This document shows, piece after piece, positions 1 to 11,700 of a stretch of 64,000 nt of DNA; the first letter of the stretch is position 1, and each line of letters starts with the position of its first letter. The notes beneath the pieces were generated by a model that saw nothing but the letters and a program-made list of their open reading frames with translations, was not told the origin of the DNA and made no database searches. A program made the translations under genes and the position numbers. The stretch is from Vitrella brassicaformis CCMP3155 (Eukaryota > Protista > Chromerida). The stretch lies in NCBI GenBank assembly GCA_001179505.1, contig CDMY01000878.1:124001-188000 (forward strand). Reading direction: 5' to 3'.

Positions 1-226
1 GTTTTCACTGACCCAGTGTCCATCACGGAGTCCACCCATTGTGAGCACCCACCAGAGAGCAAATGACAGCCAACACACCCACGGCAGATGAATACACATA
101 CGACACAAGGTGAGCAGCGCTATACACACACGCTCTAGGAAACCGCCGCGGCATACACGAGAGGGAAACAACCCAATGCCGCCTTTACGACCGTATTGAT
201 AAAAGATTGACCCACCCAGGCATACT

Positions 227-1837
227 CTACAGCCCCTTCTTCCTCCCTACCCTTCCCCCTCCCCTCCCTCTCTGCTGCTGGTCTCCACCACTAGTACCAA
301 AGCTGTTGCACTCCGGGTGCTTAGCGAACCACTTGAGCGTCCTGTCCATCCCCTCAGCCACGGTATAGAGCGGCCGGTACCCCAGCACGTGCCTCGCCTT
401 GTCCCACTTGATGGTCTGCGTGTAGCACAGCGCGTCCACGGCGATGGTCGTCAGGGGCACAAACATCCGCCCCACCAGCAGCGCCCACAGCTCCGCCAGC
501 AGAGCGAACAGGTAGCAGATCCACCACGGCAGATAGACCGAGGGGAGGGTGTAGCCCGCCTGCTCGACAAAGGGCCGATTGAACTCAAAAAAGCTTTGCG
601 CCGGCGTGTCGTCGGACAGCAGGAAGACCTCCCCGTCAAGACGACCATTGCTGTCGTCTTGCTTCAGTGCGTGGAGGGCCAGAAGGTGTCCGAAGCAGAT
701 ATTCTTGACATAGGCGAAGTCCATCAGGGCGTGTTTGGGGTGGCCGGGAGGCGCGCCGATGAGCACCGTCACGATGCGCCGGCGGATAGAGTGGATCAAG
801 TCACCGATGTGCAGCTGCAGACAAAAGGACACACACAAACTATTCGAGCGATGCATCCATTGAAGTGTTGGCTGCGACCGGTTCGCTCACCTTATCGCCC
901 TCGCCATAGAACGCCACTGGACGCAAAATGATGATTCGCACACGGCGGCCGTCAGATGTCTGTGCGTGGCGGCGCAGGAGCCTCTCGGCGTCGGCCTTGG
1001 TTTGAGCGTATCGCTTATAGAGGAAGTGCCGCAGTGAAGGCGGATAGGGGGCGTCCTCGGTCATCTCCACGTTCTGATGAAGGCCGTTGATCACCTCCAC
1101 CGTGCTGCAGCAGGCAACATCAGTAGGCCGACACAAGAGAGTGCTTTCTGATGTCCATCTTTCCTCCGTGTGTGTGTGAGTACCTGGTGTATACGAGGTG
1201 TGGGATGCTGGCTCTCTCGCAGGCCTCGAGCACGTTGCGCGTGCCCTGCACATTCACCTCCCTCACCCGAGAGGCAGGCATGTCGCCATGCACGTCGATC
1301 ATTGCCGCTGAACACACACATATACAAACACACCCAATCACACGCACAGAGCACTCCAGAGGCCCATATGTCTGTATCTGCCCCCATATATCTCCATCCT
1401 CACCGCAGTGTATGCAGCTGGTGCATCCCTCAAGGGCCCTGCAAAGGGCTTCCATGTCCAGGATGTCTCCCCGGACATAGGAGAACTTGGCTGGGGGTGA
1501 CGATGACACCTTCTCCCGCCTGCCCTCGTCCATCTGCATCTGCTCGAACAGCAGGGCGGTGGGCGGGGCCACGTCGTACACACGGATCTCTCTCACAACG
1601 CCGTGAAGCATCCCCACCAGCTGCACACCAACAACACACAGACAAAGCAGCACACACACACCTCCCTCTCTGCATGGATCTTCGCGTGCTTGTGTGCAGG
1701 AAGCGCACGTGTGAGCCGAGGTAACCGCAGCCGCCAATGACGCAGACGACCTCCTTTTGCAGGCCAGCGGCCACCTCTGCAAGTTGCGATGGCTGCCCGC
1801 CATCCATGCCCTCGTCGGCACACAGATGTCGCGGCAT
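227..1837 (-). CDS. 3-beta-hydroxysteroid dehydrogenase / NSDHL-like extended SDR (multi-exon)
   Basis: Spliced exons give the Rossmann motif VIGGCGYLG, VRGDI, VNVQGTRNVLEAC, catalytic YAQTK (YxxxK), LRPVAFYGEGD, DFAYVKN, GEVFLLSD and C-terminal KARHVLGYRP. Stop at 227. Start is MPRHL at 1837 or MDGGQ at about 1808. Confidence 0.85.
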
Positions 1838-1931
1838 GGCTTCTGGCCAAAGAAATGTCGGATCCTGTAAGGTACCCACTGCAGCTACCAGGGTCTGCAA
1901 GCCGCGTGCAGATCTCGAGCTCGAAAATCTC

Positions 1932-1941
1932 TGCGAGCTTA
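1932..1941 (+). promoter_or_regulatory. Candidate promoter motif YGCGAGCTHA (TGCGAGCTTA)
   Basis: Lies mid-way between the divergent starts at 1837 and 2049. Confidence 0.5.
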
Positions 1942-2048
1942 GGGTGTCAGGGCGCTCCCTGAAACCGCTGCTGCTGTTGCTTTTCGCTGCTTCTGTGAGG
2001 CTGTGTGCATCCCACAAGTGTTGCTCGGGCAACTGTTTTCGTCCTGTG

Positions 2049-5000
2049 ATGCCAGCTGATCAGACGGCGCAGCATGACGGCAAGAGGGCTGACGCGTCCA
2101 TCTCGGACGAGAAGAGGACCCAGACCTTCGCGTGCGACGCCCTCTACGCCGGCTGCTTCCTTTGTCTCCTCGTGACTAGCTCTATTTTTCTTCTTTTCCT
2201 GGTGCCAGATCTCATCTCTGCTTTGCCCTTGCCTGTCCCTTTTCTGCTGTCCTGTGCTGTCCGCCTGCTGCTTGTCGCCTCTTTCCTGGGCACCTGTCTA
2301 GCCTATGCGCCCGGCATCCTGTTCAACACGCGTCGGCCACCCGAATGGTCATCTGTCGCGCCTCACCTGCCTGACCACGTCAGCACTCTCTGCTGCCTGT
2401 CGACCGTGTGCAGCGAGCCACTGCAACTGATGGTGCGCAACTTTCTCGGCAGGGTGTGCTGCATCCCATGGGAGGGGCTGGGTGCTGGTCATCGCGCAAT
2501 CAGCTATGTGGACGTGTGTGTTGACGAGGGACATAGCGAGGCCACTGAGAGGCTGTGGAACGCATTCCTAGACCTGATCGAGTTGTGTGCTGCTTCACCG
2601 TCGGGCGGCGTGATGGACACCTTCCTGCAGGTGAGAAACGCACAAGCCACGCGACATAACATAAGTGGTTCGTGTCTGCAGGTCTGGAGCGACAAGTGGA
2701 CTGCATCGTCTGATCCATCAGTACTGCGTGAGCTTACCCCCCTTCTGCTCACGGCCCGTCAGCGAGCGTCCCTCGCCTCGCTCGAGGCCGCCCTACAGTC
2801 ACCGCCGACCTCCATCCAGCCCACCCGATGCGTCCTCACCAACAGAGTGAGGCAGCGGGCCATCACGCTGCATGATGGCCAACAAGTGACCTTCGTCTAC
2901 ATGGCCCGCGCCAACACCATGCTCGCCAGAAAGATGTCCGTGTCCTTTCCTGCTGCCCGGGGTGAGGGTGACGCTTTCGTGACTGAGGCCAAGGGCGCCC
3001 CCACCGCCCCCTGTGAGGGCGGAGGGTATCCGAGCCGGAGGGTGGCCGCTGGCGAGTGGGCTTACGTGCAGATGGATGGCGGCGAAGGTGAAGTTGACTG
3101 GATGGAGGCCCGGAAGAGGTATGCTCGTGTGGTGGCGGTGAGAGAAGGGGAGGTCACGCTGGACGCCAGCACGGCTTCAGAGGTACGCAATCAAGCACAT
3201 TCAGCCGATTCAGTGTTTCCACTCTCTTGGCGTTCCTTCAGGCACTCTGTTCCCTCGGTCTCCCTCTGGACCCTCTCACAAGCACCTACACCGCCCCCCT
3301 CGCCCACACGCACCCCCTGCACCCCTACCGCGGCAAAGCTGGCGCCCTCAACTTTGCCCTCGACGTCCTGAGGCGCATGGGTCACTTGTCACAGCAGCCG
3401 TCACTCGCCATCAGAGGATGGGACGACGGCGCGACCTGCGACAAAGACAACAGGGAGAGGGGCGGCATTGAGTTGCTGTCGATTCTGGACTGTCGGCACA
3501 TGGCTTCTCGGGAGTTCTGGCGGCGCACGCTGAGGTGGTTCTTTGATGGCCAACCGGGGGCGAGAGACGGGGCCGAGGGCATCACTCTCAATGAGAGGGT
3601 GGCATACGTGCAGCTGCCGCAACACTTCGCCGACCTGCAGGTGAGAGAGCAGCACAACGGCCGACATGCAGCTATGCATTCACTTGATACGTCTTTTTGT
3701 GTCTACCTGTGTTGTGTGGTGACTGACGCAGGGAGTGGAGAAGCTGGACATGGAGAATGACCACATCTTCCGCATGATCAATGCGCTCAGGGGCGGGTGC
3801 GGCGGTCTCACCTCGTGCGGCACCAACTCCGTCTGGCGAGTACCAAAACGGTTCGAAGGACGCGCTATCGTTGAGGCGAGTGAACAATCTCCCACGCATC
3901 CATCACACATTCAACTGCTGCATCTGTCTGCTCTCTTCTGTCAGGACACCGCCACATCGCATGCCGTCCTCTGCAGCGACGCCATGGTCAATCAAGACGG
4001 CCCATACGCAAACCCCACATCCGCAGCAGACACCCTTCTCCGCCTCGTGTTCGGTCACGGCTCTGCCGGCTCCATGTGGCACAGCGAGTACGTGCGCGAG
4101 AACCTCGTCACGGGGCTGGCCAAGGGTGGCGCCGACTATCTCGCTGCCCTGCATCGGTGGTCGGAAGGAGCTGTGCAGGTCCTCGCCATTGCCATGTGCC
4201 GGCGGCGGTCCCATCTCGCGCGACCGCTGTGCGGCTTCGCCCTCATCATCGCAGCAACGATCGCTCTTGTGTCCCTTGCCATCACCGCCCCCACGGCAGG
4301 CGCCATCCTCTCGGCTGCGGAAATCGTCACGGCTCTCACGGCGTGCTATCCTGGCATCCCGGGTCGAAGTGCTGCGACTGTGGGGGAGCAGGAGACCAGC
4401 AGCCCATCATCAGCTCCGTCAACCGAGGCCACGACAGCCACCGCCTCACCCCCTCCCCCTCCAGCCACACCTTACGCAGCCGACGGCCCCTGGCAGACGT
4501 ATTTCTCCATTCGTCATCGGTCATCGAGTGTCAGTACGATGGACACCCATGCCGAGCTGTCGCCAGAGTCGCCTGTGGACCCGGCTGTCGCGACGCCGCC
4601 ACTGCTGTCGCTTGAGGCGTGGCGGGAGCATCGTGACGGGGAGGGAGAGGGAGAGAAGGGCCGGAAGGAGCGGAGAGGGGGTGGGTGGACAGATGTGGTC
4701 GCGAAGCTGCTGCATTGCGGCATCATCATGGACAACTTCACCTACAACTTAGCCGCCTTGCCGTCATTTCTGTGGGTGGGCGTCTGCCCGCCTCTGCTCA
4801 TCATCGCAGGTCAGCCCAGCCAGAGAGCCACACATGGCGAAGGAGCACTTCTCCTCTCTCGTTGGTTGCAGGCAGTGCTGTGCCCACATGGTGTGTGCTG
4901 AGGTATCTCGCCCTGGTGCTGCTGTGCCGACTCCCACAGCTGCTCATGTTCGAGCGCATCAAGGTGGGTAGACCACACCTCACACCTCACACATATGCGT

Positions 5001-5609
5001 CATCTGCCCCCCATGTGTGTTGTCTTCCTGTCGTTGTGTGTGTTGCAGCACCGTTGTGGCGACTACCTATCTGAGGCGGCTGTGTGGCGGTCGCAGCAAA
5101 TGTGCATTGTGTCGGCGCCACTGCACCTATCGGCCATGGTCAAGGGGGTCAGGACGGCTATGGGCACGCTCATCCACGGCCGCGACACATCCTACTGGAC
5201 ATCATTCGGCAGCAAGTGAGATATATAGGGCCCGCAGCGACACTCTCACTCAGGTGGTGCCACCCATGCATCCCTCTCGTCTCCTGCCTGTGTCTTCAGA
5301 GAGACCACCTTCGTGTCCAGCATCACTCTGGCCTGGCTGGCAAGCATCTTCGTCGCCCACACAGCGTCCCTGATGTGCCTCCCCCTCCTCCCCCTCTCCC
5401 TCCCCGTCACTGTCGGCGCCACGCTGTCCATATCGACGCTGCTGACGGTGGCCGGCCCCCTCTGCTCACTCAACCACTGCTACTGGGGCGTGGGCATCAT
5501 CCGGCGATGGGCGCAGACGGCCATCGGTCGGCTGGTGCTTGATGCTGCCTCCCTGGCTCTCTATCTCTCACAGCCGTTTTCTGGTGCGCCGCGATTCGCT
5601 GGGGGATGA
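2049..5609 (+). CDS. Cellulose-synthase-like family-2 glycosyltransferase, multi-pass membrane (multi-exon)
   Basis: Two N-terminal TM helices, then VDEG, KAGALN, LDCRH, VQLPQHF, CGTN, VE|DTATS (after splicing) and LHRWSEGAVQ, followed by several hydrophobic C-terminal helices. This is the D,D,D,QxxRW layout of CesA/BcsA with substitutions. The 3' end is uncertain. Confidence 0.75.
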
Positions 5610-7574
5610 GCAGAGGCGGGTGATTGGGGGTGGGGAATTAAGTGTCTTGTCTTGCTTCTTGGCTGGTGCTAGCTGCGTGGGCGTCTTTTTCGCCGTTATA
5701 CACATTCATACGTCACCTGGCTACGTGTGTGCCATGTCGCGAATGTTCGTGTCATGATTGTGTGTGCATGTGTGTGTTGATGTGTGAGTGTGTGTGTGCG
5801 GAATTCGTGAAGGGACGGATGGGGTGTGGCGACATCATGCCATCTCATGTCATGTCATGTGATGTGATGTGGTGCCCATCTCGTGTGGCCTACTGGCCCC
5901 TCTTCGGCAGCTATAACACTGACCTCTCACTCACTCGCTCACTTAATCGCTCTCACTGTCTTGTACATACCTATCTGTCAATCTGCCTCTCACTGGCTCA
6001 CCTTTTCTCTCTACACACATACACACCAAGCGAGCAACTCTTTCCCTGTCTACGAGACGATGATCGATGGTTGCACGGCTACACTCCCAAGGCCGCCCTC
6101 TGGCCATAGGAGTCACACACACGATCGCCCCACCTGGCTGCTTTCTCTGTACGCTTTCTCCGTATGTATGTTTGTTTGTCCCGATCAATCGCACACCCAT
6201 TCTGCCTCACTCATCTCGATCTCGCTCGCTCTTCCTCTCTGTCACATCGGTGTGTGGATGGCCCGAAAAGAAAGAACTCATTTTTCTGTCGCCTTGTTTG
6301 GTGTGCGACCCCTTTCTCTCTGTCCACGGTGTGAGCGGCTGTATCCACGGCGCTTCGAAGATTTCTTAGCCAGGTACTTCTCCGTCACCTCAGTCGAACC
6401 GAGAACTGAAGCGTGACAGCGAAGTGGATGGCTGGGGCGTTTTCGAAGTATCGCAGATACAGCGAGCCACGGGCTACCGCAGCCATGACCAACCAATTCT
6501 CGCTCGAATGCCCTTGCCTTGCCCCGTCCCGTCCCCGCGTTTGTGTACAGAGATATGGCAACACGTGTACAGATTTAGTAGACATCTGTTATGTTTGGCT
6601 CAACGCGACAACTGATGAAGGTGCTTGATGCGGGTCATGTGTGGATGCACCTGAGCACGCTCGTGTGCGTGCCTTTTCTCTGTATCCGCGTGGATGGATG
6701 GGTGGGTGTTTAAGTCAGTAAGGTAAGCTGCTTTCTATGCTTTCTGTGTATGTTTGTATGTGTTGGCCTTTAAGCTTGCTGCTGGTGTATGTGGGTGGGA
6801 GGGAGGGGGAGGGTGCTTGTTTGTTCAGCTGACTGATTGCTGCTGATGGGATGGATGGATCGACGCACCCCCGATGCTCATTTGCGTGCGACTGACATAC
6901 ACTATACACGTACAAGGGAGGGCGTACACTACTGTAGAGCCACCTGCGTGCCAATGGCTTTCATTCTCAATTGGCACGGCACTCGTGCGTTGGCCAAGCT
7001 ACTGGTGTCTGCATGTAGTTCACGCGTGTGAGCTTCCATGACCTTCGCGTACGCCTGTACCGACGGCCCCTCGCCGGTCGTCAGGTACATCCGTCCACGG
7101 AGTTGGTCGGAGCAAACACGCAGACATATGCAGACACAGATACAGACAGACTGAAACATTCAACTTATTGCATGGGTCGGATTGGTCTCGTACTTGTCGC
7201 GCTTCCCTTGATGTGTTTCTTTCTTGATATGTGCTTGATTGGGTGTTGTGGAGACCGGGTGGCGGTCAGTGCGTGGAAGATGGTGCCTATCGCATGTACG
7301 ATGGGCATCCTCTTCACGTGCCCACCATCCCCGCATCTCCGCATGTCCAACAAAGCGTTCACCGAAGGGCCTGTAACTGCTGTGGGTCGTGGCATATTGC
7401 TGTTGTGTGTGCCTGGACGAAAGATTGCTGCCGACAGAGATTCGTTTGTTGATGACGGACCTACCATGAATCGGTACATAAGTCAAGCAATGTTCATGTG
7501 TGAGCGTTTGCCTCCCTCGACTACCAATCCTGCCACAGCCCATGATCACCCCAGCAGCACCGGTCTAGGTCTCT

Positions 7575-8638
7575 CTAGGCCACTCTGCTCTCCATTCGAT
7601 TGAGCACCTGCTCTGTCTCACCACCCTCACCCTCATCATCAACCGCCACACGGCCGTCCAGGCTCTTGCGCACTTTGGATTGCGCACTGGGGGAAGACAG
7701 AAGCGGCTCAGAAGGGCCATATGGCGTCGACCGAGAGAGCTGGCTGTCGCCCATGTTTTTTGCCAAGGGGGAGGTGAAGAAGTCGGCCGTGTTGTCTCGG
7801 GAGTGGCGCTGCGCATGGTGGTCTGCCCCTCCTTGGTAGCTGCCGTCCATTACTGTGATCCCTGGTGGAAAGAGAGAGACATACGGAGATGAGAATGTGT
7901 CTGCACTGAAGGTGGTTGCGTGATTCATCGACCTGTCCTGACGGATATCTCGCTCATCCGCTTGATTCGATTCAGGTCGGTCATGACCCTCGTCACGATG
8001 TCGCTGCTCAGCTGTCGGTTTTCGCGCGTATCCCGCAGGACATGCGTCTTGAGCTTGTGTCCCAGCAGCGTCCCTTCCTCACCAGGTGTGACGGTCCACC
8101 GCCGGTCGGACACAGACACAATGTCGTCCCTCTCCGTCTTTATCTTTGACACGAAATACTCCAGCCCGTCCTCACTCTCATCATCTCCCCCCACAGACAA
8201 TGTCATGCCCAGTGCTTTCGGTGGGGCCGACTTGCGTCTCGGCGCCACCGACGAGATTGAGCTGAGGGGTATGAGGGGGATGCCACCCTCGATGCCGTCG
8301 AAGAGGTCCTCGGCCATCTGCCGCTCCGACAGCTTGCAGATGAGCCAGTCGTCCGCCAGGGGCTTCTCCTTGGTTTCTTTCTGGACAGGCAGGGGCAGTG
8401 GCACAGGGAGGGGGAGCGACTCCAGGAGGTTTGATGGCGTGGGCGGAGCTGGATTGGCGGGCGTCTGGGGCGTGAGGGGAGGCGTCGGTAACTTCTCGGC
8501 GGCAAGTGCAGGGTCGGTGACCACCGAAGGGAGCTGAGCTTCGGCCGGCACTGCTGGGTCCGGGGGAGGCAGGTGTGCCGGGGCGGCCTCTCTGCTGGCT
8601 TCCTTCTTCTTCTCTGCGGCCTTCTTGCGCCGCCACAT
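7575..8638 (-). CDS. Hypothetical Pro/Lys-rich low-complexity protein (2 exons; intron 7932-7862)
   Basis: ORF 7925-8671 joins ORF 7575-7928 in frame through a canonical GT-AG intron (ACAG|GTCGAT...CCACCAG|GGATC). No recognisable domain; start MWRRKK is assumed. Confidence 0.5.
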
Positions 8639-8731
8639 CAGAAAAACCCCGGCGGACCCGCGCGAAATCACAGATCAGATCGCGGGGCCACCGCGCGCGT
8701 TGGACCACCCGGCAGACTTGAGGTTTGAGGG

Positions 8732-11700
8732 ATGGGCTACTGGGACAAGGTCAACGTGTGTTACAGTGAGGAGACTACTGCCGCAGATGGTGCCTTTGTG
8801 TTGTTCTCCGCCGTTCTCATTGCCCTTATGCAAAGTCAGTAACAGCAGCAGGGAAGGAGGCCATGCCTTTCGCACATTGCTGTGGGTCACGCAGTGGGCT
8901 TTGGGTTTGTGGAGCTGGCATGCGTCAGCACAAAGAGTCGAGTCAACATTTTTCTCAAGGTAAGCAAGCTGCACCCCATGGCGCATGGCTTCTCCCCTGA
9001 ATCATCCTTGCATGGTTGGGTATTGTCCTGTCGGGTCTGTGCAGAACCTGATGGACTTTCTTCTTTCGGGCTTCGGCTGGTGGTATACATTGTGGCCTGA
9101 TGACGAGGGAGGGCATTTCGGCTGTTTCATCTTTGTGTATGTTTTCGTCCGTGTAGGATTTTTGGCTATGCGATAGCAAGTGGCAGTAAGCTGTCGCTGG
9201 AATGGGAGGACCCGCTCGGCTTCTTCTTTGGCCTCACCTTTGCCGGTCACCACATGCGATCTCTACAGAACACGTCATGCAGTGACTCTCCGTTCCTCTG
9301 CAGCGACCGCGGGAACAATCGATAGTGGTGCACTCGCTGAAAGGTATCAATGATCTGCTGCACAATGGCTCACTTCATCTGCTGAACACATCTGTCATGA
9401 CTGTCTTCCGTCATGATCTCTCAGGATCAACTTCAACTCTTATCAGCTGCTGACCTTTTGTATTGCTTCCTTCATCTATGCGGTGCACAGACAAGACAAG
9501 GCGGCACTGTTTCCTGCATGTGTCCAATCTGTCTGCATGTGTATGGTCACAGGGAGCAGCCTGGGCTGTCTGGCACGACGATGGTGAGAAGAATGATCAG
9601 GCTCTCTGCTGCAGCAAATTATCCTCTCGTGTCTCCAGGCATCTTGTCCAAAATGGGCTACACAGATTTTGCTGGGGGAGCCACGATACACATGCTCGGC
9701 GCCGCCAGCGCTCTCGCATCCTGCGCTTTACTCGGCCCCCGGATCGGTCGCTTCACCGATTATAAGCCGTGGACACATCCCAACTGGCTGCGAGTAATCC
9801 GGTAGGTCTACAAATGCTGCCAGACGCGGCAGACAATGCTCTTCGATTTTGGCCGCTCGTGCGTTTAGTCGTTCGCAGGATCCTGAAGACTACCTCGCTC
9901 CCCCGACTGGGACGGAGATCGTGCCCGTCAACGACGCTGTGTCTCTGATGATCGGCACGGTAAGCTTAAACACACAGCGGTTAACAATCGACGCCGTGTC
10001 ACGGCTGCCCTGTGTGAATCCCTCAACGACGCTCAGCTGTACCTGACCATCTGCTGGTACGGGTAAGCTGACACACACACACACACACACACACACCGCC
10101 TCAACCAACACATTCATCAAGTCTCCCTCATCTGCAGATTCAATTGCGGGTCAGTCGGGCGCATCAGCGGCGGAGCGGACATCGTTGTGGGCCATGTGGC
10201 TGTGACGACCACCCTCGGCGCCTTTGGGGGAGGGATCCCATCAGTCATCTACGGCCGGATGTTTAATCAAAACGCGAATGTGAACCCTGGAGACGTGAGC
10301 ATGGCAGACAGAAAGGGAGAAACAACCGATGGACGAATGCATTGCAGGTGTGTTTGGGCATCCTCAGTGGGCTGGTTAGCGTCACGGCGGGAGCGCCCTA
10401 CTTCACCACAACAATGTCGTTTATCATCGGCACCATCGGCAGCGGACTCGCCTTCCTCACCGTCCGACTGCTGGAAGCATTCCACATCGATGATGTCGTG
10501 CTCGCAATACCGGTACACCTGCATGCATCAGTCTGCCTGCACCCGCACGAGATGTCAAGCGTCATCAGGTTCATGGCACTGCGGGGTTCTGGGGCGCGGT
10601 GGCGATCGGCTTCTTCGGCGTCGAATGGAAGGAGTGCGACGAGGTGAGAATGCAGAAGATGCATCTCCTTCATCTTCGTCCGAGTCTTGTCTCGCCCACA
10701 GCTGGTGCTGGTTGGTCTCTTCTACGCCTCCGCCAATGACCTGCCGACCGCATGGAAGACGCTCAGGGTGCAGCTCGCCGGTCAGAAATGACACCGGACG
10801 AGCGGAGACATAAGTCATGATATCTGTGTGTGTCCTTGGTTGGTCCCAATATCCATCAGGCACGCTGCTTATATTTGTGTGGGCCGCGGGAACGACGTGG
10901 CTTGTGTGTGCGCTATTTAACCAGTTCAAGCCGACGAGGCTCCGCATAGACCTGGAAGAGGAGCTAGAAGGCCTCGATGCTGCACACGGTCAGGCTGAGA
11001 CCTCTGTGCGTCGCGAATACGAGAGGAGGTCTCGTCTCCCTTGTTCTTTCTTCCCATATGCGTGTGTGCAGGCGAGAATGCCTCGGCTGTGCGCGATAAT
11101 GTCATCGACATGCTTATCCACAGCATTGCAGAGATCGCGCAACATTGGGATCTTTCCTGGATGGCTCAAGGCAAGAGCAGCACCTCCAAGAGCAAGCAGC
11201 GGCTGCACCGGGCCACGTCGCGGACCATGGAAGACCTACTCAGCGCCTTTGCCAAAGCATCCCAATGCATTCGCGACCAGAACTTCAGACATCGGATGGA
11301 GGAGGAAGGAGGTAAGGCACTCAGGAGAGTCGAGAGACACCTCCCACGGACCAACTATTGTCTTCTGTGATGCCTCTCGGTCTGCCGGTCAGACACGGAG
11401 CACTTCCCCGTTTTCCTGCCCATAGAATCCTTCAAAGTCCGGATCATCCAAGCTACACTCGGCCGCGCAGCCGCAGACCTAGATGACGATGAGGGGGATG
11501 ACGACGCAGACACAGAGAAGGAGAAGACGACCGCTGCGAGTGCCAGCAAGGGCAAGAAGATGCCTTCTTTCCTCAACCCATATGTGGAGGTGCAGTTTGT
11601 GCGGGCCAACAGGCGGACGGGGCAGTTCGTCAGCCAAATGCAGATGGGGAGACGGCCGCGATGCACTAGTACAAAACGGCTGACCGATCAGCCGACATGG

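Noticed and set aside
5640-7570. Short ORFs (VAYWPLFGSYN, RLYPRRFEDFLARYF) as extra GT2 exons or a separate gene
   Set aside because: I could not build a consistent spliced frame; the region is microsatellite-rich and may be UTR or intergenic.
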